Part shown: piece after piece, positions 1 to 10,590 of the stretch
How the letters are laid out: each line of letters begins with the position of its first letter
How positions within the stretch are numbered: the first letter of the stretch is position 1
NCBI GenBank assembly: GCA_963816395.1
Contig: CAWFKQ010000008.1
Coordinates: 96,001 to 160,000 of the forward strand
Origin: an uncultured delta proteobacterium
GTDB taxonomy: Bacteria > Desulfobacterota > Desulfuromonadia > Desulfuromonadales > JACZKF01
Direction: 5' to 3'
Length of the DNA stretch: 64,000 bases
The notes under the pieces: generated by a model
Databases searched by the model: none
Told to the model about the DNA's origin: nothing
The model's input: only the letters and a program-made list of their open reading frames with translations
Position numbers and translations under genes: made by a program

Positions 1-279
1 GGGGATGATCCACGGCCGATCATCCTTTCCCTGGTGAACCAGGCACCGCTGCCGCGGCTGCCGGCCGGGTCCGACGGCAAATTCGCCTGTTTATCGTGCC
101 CGAGGGGCGTCTCCATATCGGCGCGACGAGCCGGTGTCGGTACCGCCGGCGGAGACTCCCGGGAGATGCCGGGAATAGCCGAAACGCCGGCGCCGGTGCA
201 GCTGGACAATGCCGAGAACGCCCGCCCAGGAGCCGGAAGTGCCCGAGGAAGGGCTGCTGCGGCCGCTGCCGCGCAGTGA
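1..279 (+). CDS. 3' end of a gene directly upstream of the secretin, probably a T2SS/T4P accessory protein (partial)
   Basis: Frame 1 is open from the window edge (GDDPRPIILSLVNQAPLPRLP...) to TGA at 279. The call rests on position only. Confidence 0.3.
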   Translation, partial: GDDPRPIILSLVNQAPLPRLPAGSDGKFACLSCPRGVSISARRAGVGTAGGDSREMPGIAETPAPVQLDNAENARPGAGSARGRAAAAAAAQ

Positions 280-376
280 TTTCAATAACCTTTTCAGTCC
301 GAACCAATGACGGAAGCCGATGGAGGGAAAGTCTGTGAAGAATGGCCTGTGACTGCCGGCGGGAAAGGATGCCCCA

Positions 377-2794
377 ATGAAGAATCGGACTTCTGCCGGC
401 CCTTTTTTTCTTCTGCTCATGCTCCTTCTGCTGGGTGGCTGTGCCGCAGGCCAGCGCGCTTTCGAGCAGCGGCGAGGACCTCAGCCGGCCAGGGGCATTA
501 CGATGCGGCGGTGCGCAAGTATTTCGAGGCGGTAAAGGCCGATCCCGACAGCCATGAGTATCGGGTGCAATTGCAGAATGCCAGGATGAAGGCGGCCTGG
601 GACCATCTGGCGAGCGGCCGGCGGCTCGCGGAGAAGGGGGAATACCGGGCGGCCCTGGACGAATTCCAGCAGGCGGCGGCCCTTGACCCGAGGAACGACG
701 CCGGACGCCAGGAAGCGAAAAAATCCAGGACCTGCTGCGGGCGGAGGACCTGGTGAAGCAGGCGCAGCGATTTTTACCGGGACCGAAAGTTCCTGCCAGG
801 CGAAAAATGCCCTGGATGAGGCCCTGCTACTCGATCCCGGGCTATCCGCCGGCGGAAAAAATGATGCGCGAAGTGCAGGAGGAGCGCCGACCGTGCTGGA
901 CGGCTTCGAACTGGATGTTGCTTCCGACAAGCCGATCACCCTCAAGTTCCGCGATGCCGATATCCGCGACGTGTTCAATATTCTCTCCAAGCTGTCGGGG
1001 ATCAACTTCATATTTGATGAGGACATCCGCTCCGCAGAAGAGTCATCGGTCACGCTGGAAAAAGCCACTTTTGCCCAGGCGCTGGAACTGCTCCTGCGGA
1101 TGAACAATCTGGAGAAGAAGGTCCTCAACGCCAAGACGATCCTCATCTATCCGCAGACCAAGGAGAAGGAGAAAAAGTTCGAGGACCAGGTCATCCAGAC
1201 CTTTTATCTCTCCAATATCGATGCCAAAAAAGCGGTCAACCTGCTGCGGACCATGCTGCAGCTGCGCAAGATCTATGTGCATGAGGAGCTGAATGCCCTG
1301 GTGATCCGGGATACGCCGGCAGGTGATCAAGCTGGCCCAGCAGATTCTCGAGGCGGCCGACCGCCCCGACTCGGAAGTGGTTTATGAACTGGAGCTGGTG
1401 GAAGTTGCCCATACCGACGGCCTCGACGTCGGGCCGCGGCTGGCGAGCTATGCGACCACCTTCGGCCTGGCACGAACCGGGCAGCGACGCGATACCAGGC
1501 AGTTCGCTCACCAGCGGTCTGTCCAAGCTCGATTTCCTCTACTCCGTGCCGAGCGGGACCTTTTCCTTCCAGAAGACGCTGTCCGATTCGGAAATTCTCG
1601 CCAACCCGAAAATCCGGGTGAAAAACAAGGAAAAGGCGAAAGTTCATATCGGCAGCCGGGAGCCGATCATCACCAATACCCTGACCGCCGCCGGCGATGT
1701 TACCTCGACCAACGTCCAGTACATCGATGTCGGGGTCAAGCTCGACGTCGAGCCGACCATCCAACTGGACAATACGGTGGTGACCAAGCTCAGCCTGGAG
1801 GTGAGCAGCGTTTCCGGCCGGGAGAAAATCGGCAGCAACGGCCAGGGCGGCGAGGCGCTGACCATCAGCACCACCAATGCCCAGACCTCGCTGATTCTCA
1901 AGGATGGCGAGCAGACGGTGATCGGCGGACTGATGCGCGAGGATGTGACCAAGGCGAAGAATACCTTTCCCCTGCTGGGCCGACTTCCCATCATCGGCAG
2001 CCTTTTCTCCGGCCACAAACAGGACAAGACGAAACGGGAGATCCTGCTCTCCATTACCCCGCATATCGTAAAAAATCTTGAAATGCCGCGAGCGGATGTG
2101 GCGACCATCTGGTCCGGCGGCGAGGATGATCTGCAAGCCGGACCCCGTTTCGGCGCCTTCGCCAGGCCCCTGGAGCCGGCGGTGGCCACGGAGCCGCCTG
2201 CCGTAGCGCCGGCCGTCCAACCCGCGGCGCCTGCACCGCCCGAGCCCGCCGGCCGATCTGGATAGGCCAACCGCCCCGCGATGAGCCTCCGGCAGACCAG
2301 GCCGGCCAAGTACCTCCCGCTCCGGAACTGATGACAGCACCCGTTGCCTCCACCGTCCCCGGTCCGGCCGAGGAACGCAGCCGCCGGTCAGGTGCTGGTC
2401 ACCGGTATGTCGCAAATCCGGGCCGGGGAGGAATTCCCCTTAGATGTGACAGTGCAGGGGGTGAAGGATCTGTACAGCGCTCCGTTGTTCGTCGCCTATG
2501 ACCCGCAGCGGCTGGAATTCGTCAGGGCCGAGGAAGGAAATTTCCTGAAGAGCGGGCGGCCAATCCACCATCTTTTCCACCAGCGACGCTTCCGGGACCG
2601 GCCAGCTGATCGTCGGCTACAAGCAGGGGGCAGGGGGGAACGGCGCCAGCGGCAGCGGCACCCTTTTCCATCTTGTTTTCCGGGGCAAAACTCCGGGGCC
2701 GGCCCGAATCGCCCTTGACCGGCTCAATTTCCGCAATCCGGCGGGGAATCGGCTGCCGGTGGCCGGCAGCGAAGCGACGGTGGAGGTAAATTAG
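377..2794 (+). CDS. gspD: Type II secretion secretin (GspD/PulQ-like lipoprotein) with N-terminal TPRs and a C-terminal cohesin-like domain; several frameshifts
   Basis: Lipobox MKNRTSAGPFFLLLMLLLLGGC, TPR-like segment, KPITLKFRDADIRDVFNILS, secretin motifs ILANPKIRVKNKEKAKVHIG and FPLLGRLPIIGSLF...KREILLSITPHIV, then DLYSAPLFVAYDPQRLEFVRAEEGNFL. Joined from ORFs at 307, 683, 1384 and 2344. Confidence 0.85.
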
Positions 2795-2795
2795 C

Positions 2796-3293
2796 TTGTT
2801 GAGCCGTCCGCTGCAGTCCTGCCGGGACCGGCAGGGGTCTGACCCTGCTCGAGCTGATCATCGCCCTGGCCATCCTGGCGGTGCTGGCGTCGGCGGTTCT
2901 GCCGATGGCCGAGGTCACCGTCAGGCGCGGCAAGGAAATCGAGCTGCGCCGCGCGCTGCGGACGATACGCACGGCGATTGACGATTACCATGACGATTTC
3001 GAGCGGGCCAAAACGGAGAAAAAGATCATCCCGGAGATCGACGAGACCGGCTATCCGAAGGAGTTGGAAGATCTGCTCAAGGGGAAGCGACTGGGGCGGC
3101 CTTTATCCGTTCCAGGAAGAAATACCTGCGGCGCATTCCCAGGGACCCCTTCGATGCCTACGATCAGGGCTGGGGACTGCGCTCCTATGCCGATGAGCCC
3201 GACTCCACCGTCTGGGGCGGGGAGGACGTCTACGATGTCTACTCCCAGAGCGACGCCACCGCCCTGGACGGCACCCCTTACAATACATGGTAA
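2796..3293 (+). CDS. Type II secretion pseudopilin (prepilin N-terminal cleavage/methylation domain); frameshifted
   Basis: [24 protein letters not shown]-terminus. The C-terminus [10 protein letters not shown]...[24 protein letters not shown] lies in another frame. Confidence 0.8.
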
Positions 3294-3297
3294 GTCG

Positions 3298-3705
3298 ATG
3301 AACAAGAAAACAGCTCTCCGCGCCGGCCGTGGCTTCACCCTGATCGAACTGCTGATCGTCATGACCATCATCGGCATTCTGGCCAGCATTGCCGTGCCGA
3401 GCTATCAGCGCAGCACGATCAAGGCCCGGGAGGCGGTCCTGATGGAGGACCTCTACCAGATGCGGCGCGCCATCGACGCCTATTTCGCCGATCATGCCAG
3501 CTACCCCGATTCCCTGGAGACGCTGGTGGAAACCAGATACCTGCGGGGAATTCCCCGGGACCCTTTCACCGGCACCGCCGATACCTGGAAGACCCTTTCC
3601 CCCGAGCCTGCCAGTGAAGGAGAAGTGCAGGAAGGGAACGTTTTCGATGTCGCCAGCGGCAGCAATCTGGTCGGCCTGAACGGCATTCCGTATAGCGAGT
3701 GGTAG
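3298..3705 (+). CDS. gspG: Type II secretion major pseudopilin, GspG/OxpG-like
   Basis: RGFTLIELLIVMTIIGILASIAVP and AIDAYFADHASYPDSLETLVETRYLRGIPRDPFT. Confidence 0.85.
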   Translation: MNKKTALRAGRGFTLIELLIVMTIIGILASIAVPSYQRSTIKAREAVLMEDLYQMRRAIDAYFADHASYPDSLETLVETRYLRGIPRDPFTGTADTWKTLSPEPASEGEVQEGNVFDVASGSNLVGLNGIPYSEW

Positions 3706-3708
3706 ACG

Positions 3709-4371
3709 ATGATCCAGCTTTTCAATGTCAGCAAGGCATATCAGAAAGATTCGGCCGCCCTGGCCGATATCAGCCTGAAGGTGGCCAAGGGGGATTTCGT
3801 CTATCTGACCGGCGCTTCCGGCGCCGGTAAATCAACGCTGCTCAAGCTGCTGTTCGGTGCCGAGAAGCCAAACCGGGGGCAGATCCTGATCAATGGCCAG
3901 AATCTCACGCGCATGGTCGCCCGCATCCCTCAGCTGCGCCGACGGATGGGGATCGTCTTTCAGGATTTCAAGCTGCTCAATCGCCGCACCGTTTTCGAGA
4001 ATGTCGCCTTCCCCCTGGAGGTGCAGGGGAAAAAACGCTACGAGATCAGCAAAAAGGTCTATCAGACCCTGCAGCAGGTAGGACTTGAACACAAGCTGCA
4101 GCGACACCCCCTGGAGCTCTCCGGCGGCGAGCAGCAGCGGGTAGCCATCGCCCGCGCCCTGGTGGTCGATCCCCTGGTGCTGCTTGCCGATGAGCCGACC
4201 GGCAACCTCGACCCGGAAGTGGCCCTGGAAATCATGGAACTGTTCAAGATGGCCAATGCCCGGGGCTCGACCGTGGTGCTGGCCACCCATGACCGGGAGA
4301 TGATCCGACGTTTTCCCCGCCGGGTGGTCACCCTCGATGGAGGGTGTCTGGTCGATGATCGAACGCCCTGA
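3709..4371 (+). CDS. ftsE: Cell division ATP-binding protein FtsE
   Basis: Walker A GASGAGKST, LSGGEQQRVAIARA, ADEPTGNLD; precedes ftsX. Confidence 0.95.
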   Translation: MIQLFNVSKAYQKDSAALADISLKVAKGDFVYLTGASGAGKSTLLKLLFGAEKPNRGQILINGQNLTRMVARIPQLRRRMGIVFQDFKLLNRRTVFENVAFPLEVQGKKRYEISKKVYQTLQQVGLEHKLQRHPLELSGGEQQRVAIARALVVDPLVLLADEPTGNLDPEVALEIMELFKMANARGSTVVLATHDREMIRRFPRRVVTLDGGCLVDDRTP

Positions 4372-4416
4372 TGGCGGCCGACTTCTCCCGCGGCAGTTGT
4401 CCCTACGAGGTGAAGA

Positions 4417-5313
4417 GTGTTTGAACGCCCTGTCTACATGCTCCGCCGGGCTTTGCGCAACATGCGCCAGAGTCCGATGCTCTGCAGCGCCGCCATCGGC
4501 ACGGTGACGGTCTCCCTGGTCATTCTCGCCTTTTTCGCCCTGATCGTCCTGAATGTCCAGCAACTGACCAGCCACTGGAGCCGTGAAATCCAGGTCACCG
4601 CCTACCTCGACCAGGTCCCGGATGATGCTACCCTGCAGCAATGGATGGGCGAGATCCGGCATCGGCCGGAAGTGGCGGGAGTCGCCTTCGTCTCCCGGCG
4701 GCAGGCCCTCGAGCGCTTCCGCCAGAGACTGAAAGGGGATGCCGACCTGCTGGACGGGCTCGATCCGGAGGTGTTGCCGGCTTCCCTCGAAATCACCCTG
4801 ACCGAAGCCAGTCGCTCGCGCCAGGGGGTGGAGGCGGTGGTTGCAGCCCTGAAGCAGAACCCGCACCTCTCGGATCTGCGCTACGGCCAGGACTGGCTGG
4901 AGCGGTTCGAGGCCTTTCTCGGCCTGCTGCGCCTGGCCGGCGCCGTCCTCGGCGGCTTTCTCCTCTTCGCCGCCCTGTTCATCGTCTCCAACACCATCAA
5001 GCTGACCCTCTATGCGCGGCGGGATGAACTGGAGGTGATGGCCCTGGTCGGCGCCACCCCCCTGTTCATCAAATTACCTTTCCTGCTGGAAGGGGCGATC
5101 CAAGGGGTCTTCGGCGGTGCCCTGGCGCTCGGTGGGGCTTTCCTGCTCTACCGGCTGTTCCTTCAGCAGGGGCTGCAATCGGTGCTGCTCCTCTCCGGGC
5201 TGGGCGGAGTTCATTTCCTTCCCCCCGGCTACCAACTGGCATTGCTGGCGGCCGGGGCACTGCTCGGGCTGTTCGGCAGCCTCCTCTCCCTGCGCAAACT
5301 GGTCAGGATTTAG
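4417..5313 (+). CDS. ftsX: Cell division permease FtsX
   Basis: IVSNTIKLTLYARRDELEVMALVGAT...PFLLEG motif and transmembrane pattern. Confidence 0.93.
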   Translation: MFERPVYMLRRALRNMRQSPMLCSAAIGTVTVSLVILAFFALIVLNVQQLTSHWSREIQVTAYLDQVPDDATLQQWMGEIRHRPEVAGVAFVSRRQALERFRQRLKGDADLLDGLDPEVLPASLEITLTEASRSRQGVEAVVAALKQNPHLSDLRYGQDWLERFEAFLGLLRLAGAVLGGFLLFAALFIVSNTIKLTLYARRDELEVMALVGATPLFIKLPFLLEGAIQGVFGGALALGGAFLLYRLFLQQGLQSVLLLSGLGGVHFLPPGYQLALLAAGALLGLFGSLLSLRKLVRI

Positions 5314-5317
5314 CGGG

Positions 5318-6473
5318 ATGGGACGGTCCGCCACCTTCCGTCTGCTTTTCCTGCTTCTCTTCGGTCTGCTGTCGGCGGTGAGCGCCCCGGCTGCCGGGGA
5401 CCTGAAGGAGAACCGCCGCCAGCTGGAGGAGATCCAGCGCCGGATCAACGAAACGGCCAGAACTCTCGAGGAGAAGCAAGCTGCGGCCCGGACTTTGAGA
5501 GACGACCTGCGGACGGTAACCCGGGAAGAGGCGCGGCTGCGAGAGAGAATTAAGGTCCTGCAGCGGGAAGCGGCTGGCTTGCAGACGCGCCTGGCAGCGA
5601 AGGAAGCGCAGCTGCAGGACCTGCAGGCCCAGTCCGCCCGGACGGAAGAACTGGTGCGCAAGCGGCTGGTGGCCCTCTACAAGGGTGGTCAGGGCGGTCC
5701 CCTGCGGCTGCTTTTCGCCGCCGGTTCGCCAGCCCGGATCACCGAGGATTATGATTACTTCGGGCGGATAGTCCGCCGCGACCGACAACTGCTGAACGAC
5801 TACCGGCAGCAATTGACCGAGCTTGAAGAGGCGCGGCGGCATCTGGCAGAACTGCAGCAGCAGCGCCAGGGGGCGCTGGCCGACCTGCAGGGGGACCAGA
5901 GGGAACTGCGCCGGACGGTGCGGCTGAAGGAGCAGCTGCTCGCCCGCACCCGGCAGGAGGAAAACGCCCTCAGTGATCAATTGGCGGAACTCAAGGAGCG
6001 GGCGGCCCGCCTGGGCGGCCTGATCAAAAAACTTGAATCGGCAAAAACCCGCGAGTATACTCAACTGACCGGGGCTTTTGCCAGCCAGAAAGGGCATCTG
6101 CCCTGGCCGGTCGCCGGCCGCATCCGGATCGGTTTCGGCACCTCCCGGCACCCCGATCTGGGCACACTGCACGACAGCCAGGGAATCGAGATCGAAATTT
6201 CCGGCGAACAGCCGGTCGCGGCGGTCTGGCCCGGGCAAGTGATTTTCGCCGACTGGTTCAAGGGTTTCGGCAATCTGCTCATCCTCGACCATGGAGAAGG
6301 TTTTTACACCCTGTATGCCCAGGCCTCGCGCCTGACCAAACGGGTCGGCGAACAGGTCAAGGGCGGCGAGGTCGTGGCTTTCTCCGGTTACGAGGAGGGG
6401 CGGGGCGCTTTATTTCGAGATCCGGCACCACGGCGTTCCCCTCGACCCGGCGCAGTGGCTCGCCAACCGCTGA
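5318..6473 (+). CDS. envC: Murein hydrolase activator EnvC (coiled coil plus M23/LytM-like domain); frameshift near the 3' end
   Basis: Signal peptide, long coiled coil, KGHLPWPVAG, GFGNLLILDHG, and LYFEIRHHGVPLDPAQWL in a shifted frame. Confidence 0.88.
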
Positions 6474-6500
6474 ATTTAACAGGGGATCGGAGAAAAACCG

Positions 6501-7829
6501 ATGCACAAAGGAAAACGTCCGACAGTCTTCATCCTGATGCTGGTGCTGGTTCTGCTCGGCTGGATTGCCACTTCCCGGCTCGATAGGCCGCTGAATGCCG
6601 AAGCCGCCACCCAGTACGAAGACCTGCAGCTGTTCACCGATGTCCTCTCCATCGTGCGCAAGAGCTACGTGGAGGAGGTGGATATGAAGAAGCTGGTATA
6701 CGGGGCGATAAACGGCATGCTGGCCGCTCTCGACCCGCATTCCTCCTTCCTGCCGCCGGATATGTACAAGGAGATGAAGATCGATACCAGCGGCGAATTC
6801 GGCGGCCTGGGAATCGAGATCACCCAGCGGGAAGGCATTCTGACCATTGTCTCGCCCATCGAAGATACGCCGGCTTACCGGGCCGGACTCCAGGCGGGCG
6901 ATCATATTCTCAAGATCGAGGATAAATTCACCAAGGACATGGGAATCATGGACGCGGTGAAGCTGATGCGCGGCCCCAAGGGTAGTCCCATTACTATTAC
7001 CATCATGCGGGATTCTTTTGAAAAGCCCCGGGAATTCACAATGGTCCGGGAGGTCATCAAAGTCAAAAGCATCAAGGCCAGGACCCTGGAGACCGGCTAT
7101 GGATACGTGCGCGTCGCCCAGTTCCAGGAAAGGACCGCCGAGGACCTGCATGCCGCCCTGGAGAGGCTGCGCAGTGAAAACGGCGGCACCCTGCGGGGGC
7201 TGATCCTCGATCTGCGTAATGATCCGGGCGGGCTGCTCGATCAGGCGGTCAAGGTAGCCGATACCTTCCTGGATGGCGGCCTGATTGTCTATACCGAGGG
7301 ACGGGAGGAAGGGTCCCGGATGAAATTCACCGCCCACGCCGCCGGTACCGAGCCTGTCTATCCTCTGGTCGCGCTGATCAATGGCGGCAGCGCCAGCGCT
7401 TCCGAGATCGTCGCCGGTGCCCTGCAGGACCATGGGCGGGCGGTCATCATGGGCACCCAAAGCTTCGGCAAGGGATCGGTGCAGACGATCATCCCGCTGA
7501 GCGATTCCTCCGGTCTGCGGCTGACCACGGCCCGCTACTACACCCCGAACGGCACCAGCATCCAGGCAAAGGGGATCACCCCCGACATCGAGGTTAAGCC
7601 GATGGAACTCAAGGAGCCGGAGAAGGGAATGAATTTCCGCGAAATCGACCTGCGCAACCATTTCGGACCCCAGAAGAAGGAAATTCAGGAGAAAAAAGCG
7701 GTGCCGGAGGAAAACAGCAATTTCCATCTGGATGGAGACGATCGGAACGATTACCAGTTGATGCGAGCCCTCGACCTGCTCAAGGGCTGGCAGATCCTGC
7801 AGGAAATCAATCATCACCCGGCGGCCTGA
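6501..7829 (+). CDS. ctpA: S41 family carboxyl-terminal processing protease
   Basis: GEFGGLGIEI (PDZ), LDLRNDPGGLL, SASASEIVAGALQD, SFGKGSVQ. Confidence 0.95.
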   Translation: MHKGKRPTVFILMLVLVLLGWIATSRLDRPLNAEAATQYEDLQLFTDVLSIVRKSYVEEVDMKKLVYGAINGMLAALDPHSSFLPPDMYKEMKIDTSGEFGGLGIEITQREGILTIVSPIEDTPAYRAGLQAGDHILKIEDKFTKDMGIMDAVKLMRGPKGSPITITIMRDSFEKPREFTMVREVIKVKSIKARTLETGYGYVRVAQFQERTAEDLHAALERLRSENGGTLRGLILDLRNDPGGLLDQAVKVADTFLDGGLIVYTEGREEGSRMKFTAHAAGTEPVYPLVALINGGSASASEIVAGALQDHGRAVIMGTQSFGKGSVQTIIPLSDSSGLRLTTARYYTPNGTSIQAKGITPDIEVKPMELKEPEKGMNFREIDLRNHFGPQKKEIQEKKAVPEENSNFHLDGDDRNDYQLMRALDLLKGWQILQEINHHPAA

Positions 7830-7849
7830 GCCGCTCCATGAAAGGTCCC

Positions 7850-7875
7850 GGGGGGGCATGACGCCCCCCCTTTTT
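7850..7875 (+). terminator. Rho-independent terminator after ctpA
   Basis: GGGGGGGC-ATGAC-GCCCCCCC followed by TTTTT. Confidence 0.6.
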
Positions 7876-7883
7876 ACTGACAC

Positions 7884-9097
7884 ATGCCTCCCCGGAAAAA
7901 ATCCCGCAGCAGACGCCGGCCCGCCAAGCCACAGCGGGGCGGCCACCGCCTCAGGGTGGTGCTGGCCGCCCTTTTTGTGCTCGGCTTTCTGGTATCCAGC
8001 CTGGTATTTCTCTCCCACCTGCGGGAATCTCTGCAGAAGGAAAGCCTGGCACCAACGACTGCGACACCGGCTGCCCGCCAGCCGTTCGAAGTCGACCGAT
8101 CCTGCCGGCGCCCCAGGCGCCGAGCACCGACCCGGCGACCATCCTGGAGGATATCCGGGTGGAGGTGGAGAGCGCCCTGCTGCGCAGCGGGATGAACTTG
8201 CGCGACATCCAGCGGGGCGATCCGGCGGAGCAACCCTTGCGTATGGAGGTCCGGGGAGAATTCCCTCCCTCCGGGATTCTCAGCGATCTCGACCGCCGCT
8301 TGAACCGCATCGATCACGAAATCCGTCTGGAGAGCCAGCCGGCGGAGGGGCTGCTGCAGATTCTCTGGCGCGGGAAGCCCCGGATTCGCCTGCATTTCTA
8401 CCTCCCGACCTTCCGCTCGACGCCGGGGGCGCGCCCCCGCCTGGCCATTGTCATGGATGACCTGGGGCGGAATCTGGGGGTCGGTCGCGCTCTGCTGGCG
8501 ATCGACCTGCCGGTGACGCTCTCCATCTTGCCGGGACAGGCGCATTCCGCCGGCTTGGCCGAATTGGCGCATCGGCACGGTCGGGAGATCATGGTCCACC
8601 TGCCGATGGAACCGCAGGCGTATCCGGTCGCCGATCCGGGGAAAGATGCCCTGTTTGTCAACCTGTCGGCTGCCGAAATCCGCCGCCGGATGGAAAACTA
8701 CCTGCAGCAGGTGCCGTATGCGGTCGGGGGCAACAACCACATGGGTTCACGCTTCACGGAAGATCGGGCAGGGATGCAGGCGGTGCTGGGAGTGATAAAG
8801 GAAAACGGCTTCTTTTTCCTCGACAGCCTGACCACCGGGGAATCGATTGCCTACGCCGAGGCCCGCCGGGCGGGGGTGCCGGCGGCGGTACGGGATGTCT
8901 TCCTGGATAATGCGCCGGAAGTGGAGAAGATCGCCGGGGAGATCCGTCGGCTGGTGGCGGTGGCGAAACGGCGGGGGCACGCCATCGGTATCTGCCATCC
9001 CTATCCGGAGACTCTGGAGGCGTTGCGGCGCGAGGCTGCGGCCCTGCACCAGGCCGGGGTGGAACTGGTGCCGGTGGGGCAGCTGGTGGTCCGCTGA
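7884..9097 (+). CDS. Divergent polysaccharide deacetylase family protein (YibQ-like), membrane-anchored; frameshifted
   Basis: N-terminal TM (ORF 7884), then LAIVMDDLG, MVHLPMEP, GGNNHMGSRFT, RDVFLDN, AIGICHP. Confidence 0.88.
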
Positions 9098-9098
9098 T

Positions 9099-10503
9099 TC
9101 AAACCTTTTCCAGCAGTTGATCGGCGATACGGTCGGCGATCCGGCGGAAGCGGCGGTGCTCCTCTTCGTAGAGGATCTCTTCAGGGAAATCGGAACCGAC
9201 CCGGGCGATCAGAAGAAATTCGTCTCCCAATCGTCCCTCCTGATCGCTGAGAATCTTTTCCAGCAGCGGCAGGAGTCCGGTCTCCGCTTTCGCCCCGCTG
9301 CCGGCGGGCAGTTCGATGGTCTTGTGGGAAACCTCCAATCCCTCTTCATCGAAGCGGTAGAATGAAAGCTGCTGCTGGAAGAAATGGCGGGTGTGGGGAG
9401 CGCGGCGGAAGGCGAAATAGGAGCGCTGGGCCGATTCCCGGAAAAGTTCGCGTAACGGATCGCTGGCCGCCAGTTCCCGCCGGGAGCTGTAGAAATGCTG
9501 GAAAACCGCGTCGGTAAAGCATTCCTCTTCCAGATAGCCGCTGATCCGGCCATCCGAGGTCTCGCCGTAGTACCCGGCCGGGGCGATCCCTTCCGACTGG
9601 ACCAGTCCCCGGCCGCAGAGCAGGCATCCCGGCTGCAAGTCCCGCCCGGCGAACGCGAAAGGCCTGCCCGCGCTCCTGCAGCTGTCTGACCATAAGCTGC
9701 TGCACCTGCGCTAGCCTTCTGTCCGTCTCCTCCTGCGCCTCAAGATAGACCTGGCGCGCCAGGTGCGTCATCTGCAGATGAACCTCCGTTGCCCGCCCGT
9801 GGGTGAGAATCGGGTAGATCTTTCCCTCCGGGTTGGTGTTCAGGGATTCCACCTTGGGGCTCTTGGCGATATAACCCTCCAGACATCGATAGCCGCGATT
9901 GATGGCGGAGGCCTTGAGCAGCTGATACGGATCGCGGAACGGCCCCTGGTAGCGGATGCGGGAGTCGATCAGGCAGGGAAGAACCCGCAGGTGCCGGCGG
10001 GAAAGGCCCTGACTTTCGAAGTACTGATAAAGATGGCGGCAATTTTCCAGGGAGGGGGCATCCTTGACCGGCACGATCACCCGGTCGGCGGCATACAGAG
10101 CGTTGCGGGTGAAGATGTCGAGGTCCGGGCGAGTATCAATGATGATGATTCCGGAGAGGCCTCCCTCAGCCAGCGCCCGGGCCAGGGCGTCATCCCCCTG
10201 CAGTTGGTTGCGGATGGTGCCGAGATGCTGGCTGGAGGGGATGAACTGGACGCCGTATTCGCCCATCTCCACCAGGCTGTCCGGGCTCTTGCCGGCGAAC
10301 AGATCGAGGATGTCGCCGCCTTGCGGCAGCCGCCGTCCGATGCGGAACATTCGGTCGACGGAGAAGTGATTGTCGAAGCTGAACAGGGTTACCGGCAATT
10401 CCTCCCGGATCGCCTTCAGGTAGATGGCCAGGTTGGTGGCCAGGGTGGTTTTCCCGACCCCGCCTTTTTCGCTGGAGATAGTCACAATATAGGGTTGCGG
10501 CAT
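9099..10503 (-). CDS. ParA/Soj-family ATPase with a long C-terminal extension; one frameshift
   Basis: MPQPYIVTISSEKGGVGKTTLATNLA deviant Walker A, IIIDTRP, ALYAADRVIVPV; continues into ORF 9099..9638. Confidence 0.8.
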
Positions 10504-10590
10504 GTTATTCTCCCTTCCTGCCAGAAGGGCCATATATAGGGAATTAACACGGTCCATGTCAACGATAAACCCCAACATATGGTAGCCGTT

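Noticed and set aside
2881..3705. 274-aa double-pseudopilin fusion ORF
   Set aside because: A frameshift artefact; each pseudopilin has its own prepilin motif, and the first ends at TAA 3293.
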